Notes: a model not told the origin generated them from the letters alone. 64,000 nt of DNA from an uncultured Alphaproteobacteria bacterium (GCA_937912005.1 CALDOX010000001.1:85978-149977); one strand, 5' to 3'; numbered from the stretch's first letter, positions 31,854 to 40,579 are shown. Program-made: numbers and translations.

Positions 31854-32266
31854 TGACGACCTGCGGCTTTTTTGAAGGACGCAACCAAGATTTCTGCATC
31901 GGCGATAAATCGGGGAATGACGGTTAAAACGGAACGCGATTTTTCGATATTGTATTCGTGTGCCGTTTCGTTGCGTTTGATATAATACTCTTTCCAATTT
32001 TCCCAGTTGCCGATCATATTATAGCTGCTCATCAGCCGGAAAATGTCGTTGACGGTCAATTCCTCGTCCGACTTTCCGTATGTCAGTTTTAAGTATTTTT
32101 TCATCAGCTTCCAAGCCGTTTCCAAAGTATATTCGTATCTTTGAATACAGGAATCAGCGATAATGGAGGTCAGCGTTTCGTCTCTGTTATTTTGGTAGAC
32201 TGTCCACGCTTTGCGCAAAGTCTGCAAAAATTTTTCCAAAGCGTCCGTTTTAAGTTCTGCCGTCAT
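31850..32266 (-). CDS. HEPN-domain protein (HI0074-family nucleotidyltransferase substrate-binding protein), putative toxin
   Basis: 138 aa with a conserved RYEYTLETAWK block typical of the HI0074 family. Paired with the MNT gene. Confidence 0.65.
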   Translation of the reverse strand: MTAELKTDALEKFLQTLRKAWTVYQNNRDETLTSIIADSCIQRYEYTLETAWKLMKKYLKLTYGKSDEELTVNDIFRLMSSYNMIGNWENWKEYYIKRNETAHEYNIEKSRSVLTVIPRFIADAEILVASFKKAAGRQ

Positions 32267-32295
32267 AAGAAGCCCTCAATATTTTTAATGCAGAT

Positions 32296-32324
32296 ATATT
32301 AGTGTATCATTGTCTTTTTGCCAA
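32296..32324 (-). promoter_or_regulatory. Sigma70-type promoter for the HEPN-MNT operon (TTGGCA-N17-TAATAT)
   Basis: Minus-strand -35 TTGGCA, 17-nt spacer, -10 TAATAT, about 30 nt upstream of the HEPN ATG. Confidence 0.45.
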
Positions 32325-32345
32325 GAAGACATAAGCACGTAAATT

Positions 32346-32684
32346 TTATTTTTTTTCTTTCAAATTTTTTAACGCTTCAAAATTATTTGAAATAACAGTG
32401 CCGACCGTAGGACATTTCTCCAACATCGGGCAAGCGCCGCAGGTTTCAACGCTTTTTTTCATCGCGCATTGGCGAATGGCGCACAGGCTTTCGCAATAAA
32501 CCGTTTTGACGCCGTTCGCGCGGCAGCCTTGGCAGTTAATTTGTTCGGGCAGAATGGGAACGTTGTTCAGTTCCGACCATAATTTGGCCGTTTTTTCCCG
32601 TAGAGCTTGGTCGTTGTTGACTGTTGCCAGATATGCGTCGCATTTTTCGCAGTCCAATCCGCAATAAGCGATCATTTTTTCCAT
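32346..32684 (-). CDS. Cys-rich DUF3795-family protein
   Basis: CGLDCEKC...CQGC...CESLC...CGAC cysteine pattern. Start taken at MEKMIAYCG with an AAAGGA RBS. Confidence 0.5.
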   Translation of the reverse strand: MEKMIAYCGLDCEKCDAYLATVNNDQALREKTAKLWSELNNVPILPEQINCQGCRANGVKTVYCESLCAIRQCAMKKSVETCGACPMLEKCPTVGTVISNNFEALKNLKEKK

Positions 32685-32843
32685 TATTAAATCCTTTTGA
32701 GCTTTTTCTTTGAAAAATAAATTCTTAAAGGCTGAATGTAAATCCGATAAATACAAAATTTAACCTTTTGGCGATTTGATGTTGAAAATCCGCGAAAAGT
32801 GTTTATATTTTCTAAGTCATACAAATTTTTGAGGAGATTAAAT

Positions 32844-33071
32844 ATGCCTTCAGTCGTTAATGATTCTTGTGTCAAGTGTCTGACCTGTGTCGAAGCTTGT
32901 CCGGTTGGCGCGTTCGTCGAATTGGAAACGCAAGTTGTTGTTAATCCCGAAACCTGCATTGATTGCGGCGTGTGCATTTCCGAATGCCCGCAGGGTGCAA
33001 TCGCTTCCGATGGCGACGCCGATGAAAAATGGGTGAAGTTCAACGCCGAAAAAGCGGCTGCTGCCGGCTAA
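32844..33071 (+). CDS. 2x[4Fe-4S] ferredoxin
   Basis: Two CxxCxxCxxxCP motifs (CVKCLTCVEACP, CIDCGVCISECP). GAGGAG RBS before the ATG at 32844. Confidence 0.8.
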   Translation: MPSVVNDSCVKCLTCVEACPVGAFVELETQVVVNPETCIDCGVCISECPQGAIASDGDADEKWVKFNAEKAAAAG

Positions 33072-33090
33072 GCCGTTTTCGAAACCATTA

Positions 33091-33125
33091 AAAAGCCCTT
33101 CAAATGAAGGGCTTTTCTATTTTAT
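33091..33125. terminator. Rho-independent terminator after the ferredoxin gene, bidirectional with the small minus-strand ORF
   Basis: GCCCTTCA-AA-TGAAGGGC hairpin followed by TTTTCTATTTT. Confidence 0.6.
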
Positions 33126-33129
33126 GTGC

Positions 33130-33291
33130 TTACTCAAACTTTGTTTCTTTAATTTTTCTATCCGTCGCAAAGTCGGATGTACGTTGTACCGTACTGTTAA
33201 AACTTTCCAAAAACGAATCAAAGAAACCGTTGCTATACAGGAAATAACCGGCTCCGCCGAGTAAAACAATTAAAACAACAAAGGCTTTCAT
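33130..33291 (-). CDS. Small hydrophobic peptide, 53 aa (MKAFVVLIVLLGGAGYFLY...). Not in the ORF track.
   Basis: GGAGAATGATT-ATG RBS and start. Single TM helix. Ends at the shared terminator. Confidence 0.35.
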   Translation of the reverse strand: MKAFVVLIVLLGGAGYFLYSNGFFDSFLESFNSTVQRTSDFATDRKIKETKFE

Positions 33292-33606
33292 AATCATTCT
33301 CCAAAAACAAAACGTTCTTTTTTAATATTTTTTTTCGCTGAGGCTGTCAACACGAATAAAAATCAAAAAAAATATACTTTGAAGTAGGTGTGGTATAAGA
33401 ACAATCGTTGGCGTCAAGGACAAGGCCTGCAGCGGCTGCGCAGACGATACATAAAAACGGTCGCAGCCTGTGAGTTTCTTTATAAAGGAATTAAAAAAAC
33501 GCCCTCTGAATTTCCGGAGAGCGTTTCTGTATTGAAAAAATAAAAATTCAAAGGTAAAAACTTTAAAAACGGTTTTTATTTTTAAAAACGGGAAAAGGGC
33601 TGATTG

Positions 33607-34695
33607 ATGAACTATATCGGAAGCAAAAAAACGTTGATTCCGTTTTTAAAAGAAACAATTTTGAAAATAATTTCGCCGGATTCCCATGTTTTTTGCGATT
33701 TGTTTGCCGGTACGGGAACGGTCGGAAGCTGTTTTAAAAGAGAAGGTTTCAAAGTTATTTCCAACGATTTGCAGTATTATTCTTTCGTTTTAAACAGAAA
33801 CTATGTCGGCAATCATAAGGCGCTGGAATTTAACGGACTGACGGCAGAAATAGAACAGGCGGCAAAAAACGTATCGAACGATCAGATGAGGTTGTTCGGC
33901 GATAAATCGAAAAAAGAGTATGTAATTGAATATCTGAACAATTTAAAGGGCGAGGAAGGTTTCGTATATTCAAATTATACGTTGTCCGGCACAAGAGGGC
34001 AGCAATTTGAAAGAAATTATTATTCCGAAGACAATGCGAAAAAGTGCGATGCCGTTCGGATGAAAATCGAAGAATGGAAAGAAGAAAAGCGAATTACGGA
34101 AGACGAATATTTCTTTCTTTTGGCGTCTTTGCTGGAAGCGATAGACAGTGTGGCGAATACGGCTTCCGTTTACGGCGCTTTTTTGAAAAAGCTGAAAAAC
34201 TCAGCTGCCAGAGCGATGAAAATTGTTCCGGCCGATTTTTCGATTACGGATGAAGAACATTGTGTTTATAACAAAGACGCCAACGAGCTGATCAGGGAAA
34301 TTTCATGCGATATTTTGTATCTTGATCCGCCGTATAACGAGCGTCAGTATTCTGCAAACTATCATATTTTGGAAACGATCGCCAAATATGACGATCCCGT
34401 TATCAAAGGAAAAACAGGTCTGCGCGATTATAAAGACCAAAAATCAAAATACTGCTCAAAAGCCGATGTAAAAAGGGCTTTTGAGGAGCTGATTCAAAAC
34501 GCCAAAGCAAAATATATTTTTTTAAGCTATAACAACGAAGGTTTGTTAAGCATTGATGACGTGAAGGAAATTTTTTCCAGAAAAGGAACTTACGGAACAG
34601 CAACGCAGGCGTATAACCGCTTTAAAGCTGATTCATCCAGAAAATACAGTGCGGATAAAACGGTGGAATATTTACATTACTGCATTTGTAAATAA
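33607..34695 (+). CDS. D12-class (Dam-like, alpha-group) N6-adenine DNA methyltransferase
   Basis: Motif I DLFAGTGTVG precedes the catalytic DPPY. MMNYIGSKK N-terminus typical of Dam-family MTases. 363 aa. Confidence 0.8.
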   Translation: MNYIGSKKTLIPFLKETILKIISPDSHVFCDLFAGTGTVGSCFKREGFKVISNDLQYYSFVLNRNYVGNHKALEFNGLTAEIEQAAKNVSNDQMRLFGDKSKKEYVIEYLNNLKGEEGFVYSNYTLSGTRGQQFERNYYSEDNAKKCDAVRMKIEEWKEEKRITEDEYFFLLASLLEAIDSVANTASVYGAFLKKLKNSAARAMKIVPADFSITDEEHCVYNKDANELIREISCDILYLDPPYNERQYSANYHILETIAKYDDPVIKGKTGLRDYKDQKSKYCSKADVKRAFEELIQNAKAKYIFLSYNNEGLLSIDDVKEIFSRKGTYGTATQAYNRFKADSSRKYSADKTVEYLHYCICK

Positions 34696-34711
34696 TGTTC
34701 CGGACAGCGTT

Positions 34712-35611
34712 TTATATTTCCATTCCCGAAGTGCGGGCAGCGCCTGCCGCGCCGTGTTGCGCGACTTTTTTAGCCGCTTCATAGGCATCCAGCTGGCGGG
34801 TCATTGCTTCGGGAAACCAGGAAGCGGCGGCGGAAACTTTTTCCGAGGATGTGTTCGGCAGATTCGGACGTTTATATCCGAAACCTTCGGAGCTGACCTG
34901 TTCGCGGATAGCTTCCGGATTGATAGCGGGTTTTTGTGCTAAGGTTGTATTTGTTTCATTAATCGCTTTTGTTTTTGCCTGCTGTTTCATTTCTTCGATC
35001 CGAAGCTGTTTAGCCTGATCCGCTGCGCTGGCGGTCAAAGGCTGAGCCACACCGAATTTTGTTTGGTTGTTTCTGAAACGGGCAGCGTTGTCCATAGAGA
35101 AAACTTTTGCGTTTCCCGGACCTTTCAATGTTTTTGTTTCTTGAGCGGCTTCGCGTGCTTTGGCTTTTTCTTCGGACATATTATAAGGAGATTCTTTGCC
35201 GAAAAGCCTATTTGTTTTTTTGGAAAAAGTCGTGCGTTCCAGCTGTTCATTCAAACGTGTTCCCGGTTTTGAAGCGGTGTCCGCGCTGACAACAAAAGGC
35301 GTCAAATCAACAACGTCCGCCAAAGCGGAAGGTATTTCCTGCACGTTTTGTTCCTGCGCGGCTAAAGAAACGGGTGGGGTAATAGGAGAGTGAACGGCGG
35401 CGATTTTCTCGGGTTCGGAAACGGGCGTTTCTTTTAATTGCTGCGCAAAAGACGGACGATTTTCCGAACGCGGCGTTTCCGCTTTGATGTTTTGGGCGGT
35501 TTCTGATTGAAAAGTAATGCCGTCTTGCCAAACAGACAGATCAACAGTAAAATCCATATATAACATAAGCGCCTCCATTTTTTCTTTTTTAAGATGCAAT
35601 GTTCGTGCCAT
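34712..35611 (-). CDS. Hypothetical low-complexity (A/Q/K/T-rich) protein
   Basis: 299-aa ORF. Divergent from the regulator gene. No motif recognised. Confidence 0.4.
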   Translation of the reverse strand: MARTLHLKKEKMEALMLYMDFTVDLSVWQDGITFQSETAQNIKAETPRSENRPSFAQQLKETPVSEPEKIAAVHSPITPPVSLAAQEQNVQEIPSALADVVDLTPFVVSADTASKPGTRLNEQLERTTFSKKTNRLFGKESPYNMSEEKAKAREAAQETKTLKGPGNAKVFSMDNAARFRNNQTKFGVAQPLTASAADQAKQLRIEEMKQQAKTKAINETNTTLAQKPAINPEAIREQVSSEGFGYKRPNLPNTSSEKVSAAASWFPEAMTRQLDAYEAAKKVAQHGAAGAARTSGMEI

Positions 35612-35642
35612 TTATCGAAGAAAGTTTTTTAAGGAAACAGCT

Positions 35643-36284
35643 ATGCGTCGGATTTTGATTTATTCTTTACAGGAAAAACCCAGACAAGCTTTGGCGGGAG
35701 AGATCCGCGCGCTAAATATTGCCGATGAAGTCGATGAAACGGCTTCTTTTGAAGAAATAAAGACGTTGACGGAACAGGAAAGTTTTTCCGCGTTTATCAT
35801 TGACGAAGCGTTGCTGGAACAGATCCGACTGTTGACGGATTTGCTGACAAAAGTTCCTGTTTTTTATTTGGCCGGACAGCCGTTTACGCCGGAAAACGGC
35901 CAATATGTCCAAAAGCCGTTCCGTTTGTCCGTATTTTTGACGGCTCTGATTGCCGCGATAGCTCAATTTGAACAAAGCGATCATGCATGCGTTTTCTTAA
36001 ACGGGTGGAAGTTCAATTTCGCCGGAAAAATTCTGAACCGTGAAAATGAAGAAATTAAGTTGACCGATAAGGAAGCGGCATTGCTGAATTATTTGTATAA
36101 TCAGCCGGAGCCGGTCGATAAGGAAACGCTTCTGCGTGAAATCTGGGGATACGGCGAGGGCATTTCCACGCATACGTTGGAAACTCATATTTATCGTTTG
36201 CGGCAAAAACTGGAAACGACGGGTATTACGTTTTCCGCAGCTAATGGCGAAGGTTATCGATTGGTTTTTGAAGAACCTATTTAA
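35643..36284 (+). CDS. OmpR/PhoB-type winged-helix transcriptional regulator with an atypical receiver-like N-terminus
   Basis: C-terminal trans_reg_C-like LTDKEAALLNYL...THTLETHIYRLRQKL. Start at MRRILIY. Confidence 0.55.
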   Translation: MRRILIYSLQEKPRQALAGEIRALNIADEVDETASFEEIKTLTEQESFSAFIIDEALLEQIRLLTDLLTKVPVFYLAGQPFTPENGQYVQKPFRLSVFLTALIAAIAQFEQSDHACVFLNGWKFNFAGKILNRENEEIKLTDKEAALLNYLYNQPEPVDKETLLREIWGYGEGISTHTLETHIYRLRQKLETTGITFSAANGEGYRLVFEEPI

Positions 36285-38259
36285 TATAATTATCGCGCAT
36301 TTTCCGCAGACGGCGGGCTTTTTCCGTCGGCGTTTCATCCATATCGCGGTCGCGGATGCGGACTTTTAACGCGTCAAAAGCATCGCCGATCGGAATAAAG
36401 CCGTCGCGGCTGTCTATTAAGCTTTTTCCCGCATGAGCCAATCCGATCGCGTTCCCGTTATCATCTACCAGGATACCGCCCAGAGTGACACTTTGTACGT
36501 TTGTGTTTGTTAAAATGTCAACACCGGTATTGCTGAAACGATAACCGGCCACTTTGCCGTGTTCCATCGCTCCTTCATATCCGCCGCGCATCGGCGTGCC
36601 GATCGCGTAGAATTTTTCACCGACGGCCGGCAAATCCAACCGTAGCGGAATGGGCCAGTTATATTCGTCAAATTCGCTGGGCGGCATATACAATAAAGCG
36701 ACGTCTTTGTCTTTGTTGACGCGCAAAACCATAGAAGGCACGATGCGTCCGTCTAAAAATTCGGTTTTGACATATGTCGTTTTCTTGGCAATTTCATAAT
36801 TGGTCAAAACCAAGGAAGGAGAAATAATTAAACCGGATCCGACTTCTTCTTCATTTGTAACGGCAACAACGCTTGAACGAATGCGGTAAATGCGAATTGG
36901 CGACAAATAGCGGAACGGTTTTTGGTTGTCGATTGTAATCCAACCGTCTACGGGTGAAACGGCAAAACCGAACTTATTGTTTTCTTTTTCCAAATCGGAT
37001 GAAAGGGTGAACTCTTCCAAAAACCGGCCCAACGGTACGGTACGCAGAACCTGACCGAAAACTCCTTTGGTTAAAGGCGGCTCTGTTAATAAACGGGCAA
37101 AGATGCCGCTTCCATCGCCTTTATCTCTTAAACCGCGTCCCGCAATGCCTGATCCGACGGAGTCGTCCAAATCTTGTTCTGTTTGTGGTTCTTCCGCTAA
37201 AGGAACACCCGATAACTCTTTGCGCATCGCCTGCAGACGTTCCAGTTCTTCCGGAGTCAGTGCTTCTCCGTCGGCAAAGCGACGCTCCAGCTCCCGCAGT
37301 TCCCGCATATCGCCGTCGCCCTTTTCCATTTCTTCGGTTAAAGAACGGCCGCCCAGATCCATTTTTTCGAGATTGTCCTGCAAATGTTCGCGATCTATAT
37401 AGAATTTCATTCGTTTGCGGCGATAGGAAGACTGCAGTCTTTTATACTTTTTATGTTCATAAACCAAGGCATCAAATTCCGCTTTGGCTTTCCTCAGCTC
37501 TTCAGGATTGGGAACCGTACGCATCGTTTCCAGGAATCCCGGCATGCCGATCAGACGAATCAAAGCGTCCGCAAACGCTTTTTCAATCAGGCGCACTTCG
37601 CCGTCACGAACGGGCGTTTGAATTTCCGCATAACCGCGCGTTGTGTCTTCCCAATACAATTTGCGGTTAAAAGGCGTCATCACGCGCCAAAGCACCTGAA
37701 TTTCCGAAGATCCGCTGCGTAATTGTGAATATGTCCTGGTGCGCCAATCATACTGATCGCAAACGTTGATAAATAAATCTTTGATTTCTGCGGTAATAAC
37801 GTAGCCGGGCAGCAAATCCGGTCTTTCCGCGCTGATTGAATAGGGAAAATAAGGATTGTCTTTGCGGACAATGACGGGAAACAGTTCGTTCAGCTCTTCA
37901 AAGAACACGTTGTCAAATTTTATGTCGCGGCGCATAGCGCGGCCTTCGTTTAAAACGACGTTTTTTTCGGCTCTTTTGCAGCCGAACAATTTGAAATTAT
38001 AACGACCGATATCTTTACCCCATTCTTCCGCCGTTCTGTTGCGGTTGATTTTAAAATCGACGTATTCCAATTTTATCGGAGCCAGTTTCGGATCAAAAGT
38101 AAACAGCCGTTCCGCTAATTCGGTTGCCGCATCACCGTAAACGGGCGTCGCGTGATCACCGTCAATGACGACGGTTGTTTTTTCAATGGCAGAAACGGTT
38201 TCAGGCATCTGACACAGGCAGAAAATCAATGTGAATAAGAAAAAATGTTTCAATTTCAT
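36277..38259 (-). CDS. Secreted protein with a central coiled-coil and a C-terminal trypsin-like serine peptidase-like domain
   Basis: Signal peptide MKLKHFFLFTLIFCLCQMPETVSA. The C-terminal SGLIISPSLVLTNYE ... GGILVDDNGNAIGLAHAG resembles an S1-family fold. Confidence 0.4.
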   Translation of the reverse strand: MKLKHFFLFTLIFCLCQMPETVSAIEKTTVVIDGDHATPVYGDAATELAERLFTFDPKLAPIKLEYVDFKINRNRTAEEWGKDIGRYNFKLFGCKRAEKNVVLNEGRAMRRDIKFDNVFFEELNELFPVIVRKDNPYFPYSISAERPDLLPGYVITAEIKDLFINVCDQYDWRTRTYSQLRSGSSEIQVLWRVMTPFNRKLYWEDTTRGYAEIQTPVRDGEVRLIEKAFADALIRLIGMPGFLETMRTVPNPEELRKAKAEFDALVYEHKKYKRLQSSYRRKRMKFYIDREHLQDNLEKMDLGGRSLTEEMEKGDGDMRELRELERRFADGEALTPEELERLQAMRKELSGVPLAEEPQTEQDLDDSVGSGIAGRGLRDKGDGSGIFARLLTEPPLTKGVFGQVLRTVPLGRFLEEFTLSSDLEKENNKFGFAVSPVDGWITIDNQKPFRYLSPIRIYRIRSSVVAVTNEEEVGSGLIISPSLVLTNYEIAKKTTYVKTEFLDGRIVPSMVLRVNKDKDVALLYMPPSEFDEYNWPIPLRLDLPAVGEKFYAIGTPMRGGYEGAMEHGKVAGYRFSNTGVDILTNTNVQSVTLGGILVDDNGNAIGLAHAGKSLIDSRDGFIPIGDAFDALKVRIRDRDMDETPTEKARRLRKMRDNYIK

Positions 38260-38341
38260 CAGATACCTTTATTATTGATTCAGTCTATTTTACATAATCA
38301 GAAAAAAATTAAAAAAGGTTTAGTTTTTAAAGGATTTTGTC

Positions 38342-39064
38342 ATGTATTTGCTGCCGGCGATAGATTTGAAGGAAGGACGCTGCGTCCGTTTGAAACAAGG
38401 CGATATGAACCAGTCTACGGTTTTTAACGATTCTCCCGCGAATCAAGCTGAAGCGTTTATGAAAGAAGGAACCGAATGGATTCACGTCGTCGATTTGGAC
38501 GGCGCTTTTGCCGGAAAGCCGGTCAATATATCGGCTGTGGAAGAAATTTTAAAAGCAGCTGATGTAAAAATCGAACTGGGTGGCGGCATCCGATCGCTTG
38601 ATACGATCAGACTGTGGTTGGAAAAAGGTGTCGCGCGCGTCATTTTGGGAACGGCGGCTTTGCGCAATCCGGAACTGGTCAAACAAGCCTGCCGCGAATT
38701 TCCGAATAAAATTGCTGTTGGTATCGACGCCAAAGACGGCTTTGTTGCCGTGGAAGGGTGGGCGGAAACTTCAACAATCAAAGATATAGATTTGGCGCGT
38801 CGGTTTGAATCGGTTGGAGTCAGCGCGATTATTTATACGAACGTGGCGCGGGACGGCGTTTTGGAAGGGCCTGATTTGGAAGCGACTTTAAATTTGGCAA
38901 AGTCCGTTTCGATTCCGGTGATCGTATCGGGCGGCGTTTCTTCTTTGGACGATATTAAAGCCTGTCAAAAGATCGGAATTTTTGAAGGCGTTATTGCCGG
39001 CCGCGCGATTTACGAAGGACGCTTTACGGTATCGGAAGCAATTTCAGCATTGAAAGGGGAATAG
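38342..39064 (+). CDS. hisA: HisA (ProFAR isomerase)
   Basis: MYLLPAIDLKEGRCVRL N-terminus. 240 aa. Confidence 0.9.
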   Translation: MYLLPAIDLKEGRCVRLKQGDMNQSTVFNDSPANQAEAFMKEGTEWIHVVDLDGAFAGKPVNISAVEEILKAADVKIELGGGIRSLDTIRLWLEKGVARVILGTAALRNPELVKQACREFPNKIAVGIDAKDGFVAVEGWAETSTIKDIDLARRFESVGVSAIIYTNVARDGVLEGPDLEATLNLAKSVSIPVIVSGGVSSLDDIKACQKIGIFEGVIAGRAIYEGRFTVSEAISALKGE

Positions 39065-39388
39065 ATGACGGCGGAAGTTTTAGAACGTTTGTTCCATACG
39101 ATTGAAAGCCGCAGAGACGCGGATCCGCAAACTTCGTACACGGCGAAGTTGTTTTCAAAAGGGACGCAGCGGATTGCGCAAAAGGTCGGCGAAGAAGCGG
39201 TTGAAACGGTGATTGCGGCGGTTGCCAAAGATAAAGAACACGTCGTTTCGGAAAGCGCCGATTTGCTTTATCATTTATGCGTATTATGGGCGGACGCGGG
39301 CGTTTGTCCCACAGACGTTTTTCAGACATTGGAAAAAAGAGAGGGCGTTTCCGGCATAGCGGAAAAAAACGCCAGACCGAAGGAGTGA
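39065..39388 (+). CDS. hisE: Phosphoribosyl-ATP pyrophosphatase HisE
   Basis: KVGEEAVE...LLYHL motif. 107 aa. Immediately abuts hisA. Confidence 0.85.
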   Translation: MTAEVLERLFHTIESRRDADPQTSYTAKLFSKGTQRIAQKVGEEAVETVIAAVAKDKEHVVSESADLLYHLCVLWADAGVCPTDVFQTLEKREGVSGIAEKNARPKE

Positions 39389-39391
39389 AAA

Positions 39392-39742
39392 ATGAAAGTT
39401 TATGATGAAAATAATGTTTTTGCCAAAATGTTGAAAGGGGATATTCCCGTCAATAAAATTTACGAAGACGAATACGCGATCGCTTTTGCGGACATTCATC
39501 CGAAAGCGCCGGTTCATCTGTTGGTGATTCCGAAAGGCGCTTATACGGATTTTTCCGATTTTACCGCTAAAGCTTCCGCAGATGAGGTTTCCGGTTTTTT
39601 CAAAGCGGTCGGAAAAGTGGCCGAAAAGCAGGGACTATCCGAAAACGGCTATCGCCTGGTAATGAATACGGGACGCGACGGCGGGCAGGAAGTGCCGCAT
39701 TTGCACGTTCATATTCTGGCGGGCAAAAAATTAGCTTTTTAG
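39392..39742 (+). CDS. HIT-family histidine triad protein
   Basis: HLHVHIL histidine triad. Confidence 0.85.
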   Translation: MKVYDENNVFAKMLKGDIPVNKIYEDEYAIAFADIHPKAPVHLLVIPKGAYTDFSDFTAKASADEVSGFFKAVGKVAEKQGLSENGYRLVMNTGRDGGQEVPHLHVHILAGKKLAF

Positions 39743-39776
39743 AAAAAAACTCCCCTTGAAAAAGGGGAGTTTTTAA
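39743..39776. terminator. Bidirectional rho-independent terminator
   Basis: CTCCCCTT-GAAA-AAGGGGAG flanked by A/T runs. Confidence 0.8.
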
Positions 39777-39793
39777 TATGAAGAACAATCGCG

Positions 39794-40579
39794 TTATTGC
39801 TTTTCAAAAACGCTTTTCGGCTGTTGGCAAATCGGACAGACATAGTCTTCCGGCAATTTTTCAAACGGAATATCGCCGTCATAAACATAACCGCAAACAG
39901 AGCAAACCCATTTTTCGGCAGTCGGCTTGACAGCCGGTTTTTCTTCGACTTTTTCAAATTCTTCCGGCCCGACGCCGCAGACGGGACAGACGTAATCCGC
40001 CGGCAATTCATCGCCTTCGTATTCATAACCGCAAACTTTGCATACCCATTTTGTCATCTTTTTTCCTCCTGTTTCGTTTGTGATTGAGCATTTTCCAGAT
40101 TTGAAAGCTTCCATGACTTTCGGCTTCCATGTTTCCTGATAAGTTGTATAGCTTAACGCTTTTGTATCGCCGTCAACGGCTTCGATAATATCGCAGAAAA
40201 ACAACGTATGCGTTGAAAGTTCTTTGACTTCAGTGACGCGACAGCGCAGATAAGCCGCCGCATGGTCTAAAACCGGCAGACCGTTCATAAAATGATGCGG
40301 CACTTTTTCCCATTTTTCGGCTGCCCGGCAGGATTGAAAGCCGAAATTGGCAATGATGAATGGATCCGTTGTTTCGGATAAAACGGACAGCGTGAATTCT
40401 TTTGTTTCCCGGATACATTCGTTTGTTTTGGTGCATTTATTGCAAGAAATCACCAAAGCCGGCGGTTCAACGGTTGTCTGCATAACCGCATCAACAACAC
40501 AGCCGCCGAATTTTTCCCCGTTTTTAACGCCGATGACGTAAAGGCCGTAAGTTAATTTAAAAAAAGCTTTTGTATCCAT
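39794..40579 (-). CDS. Flavin reductase-like domain fused to two tandem rubredoxin domains (high-molecular-weight rubredoxin-like)
   Basis: N-terminal FMN-binding split-barrel-like region. Two CxxCG...CPxC rubredoxin motifs (CKVCGY...CPVCG and CSVCGY...CPICQ). GAGGAT RBS. Confidence 0.8.
   Translation of the reverse strand: MDTKAFFKLTYGLYVIGVKNGEKFGGCVVDAVMQTTVEPPALVISCNKCTKTNECIRETKEFTLSVLSETTDPFIIANFGFQSCRAAEKWEKVPHHFMNGLPVLDHAAAYLRCRVTEVKELSTHTLFFCDIIEAVDGDTKALSYTTYQETWKPKVMEAFKSGKCSITNETGGKKMTKWVCKVCGYEYEGDELPADYVCPVCGVGPEEFEKVEEKPAVKPTAEKWVCSVCGYVYDGDIPFEKLPEDYVCPICQQPKSVFEKQ

Noticed and set aside
31548-31997. The 149-aa ORF-track version of the MNT gene
   Set aside because: The 5' 48 codons overlap the HEPN gene in another frame and are Arg-rich. 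The internal Met with ATGA coupling gives a canonical MNT-sized protein.
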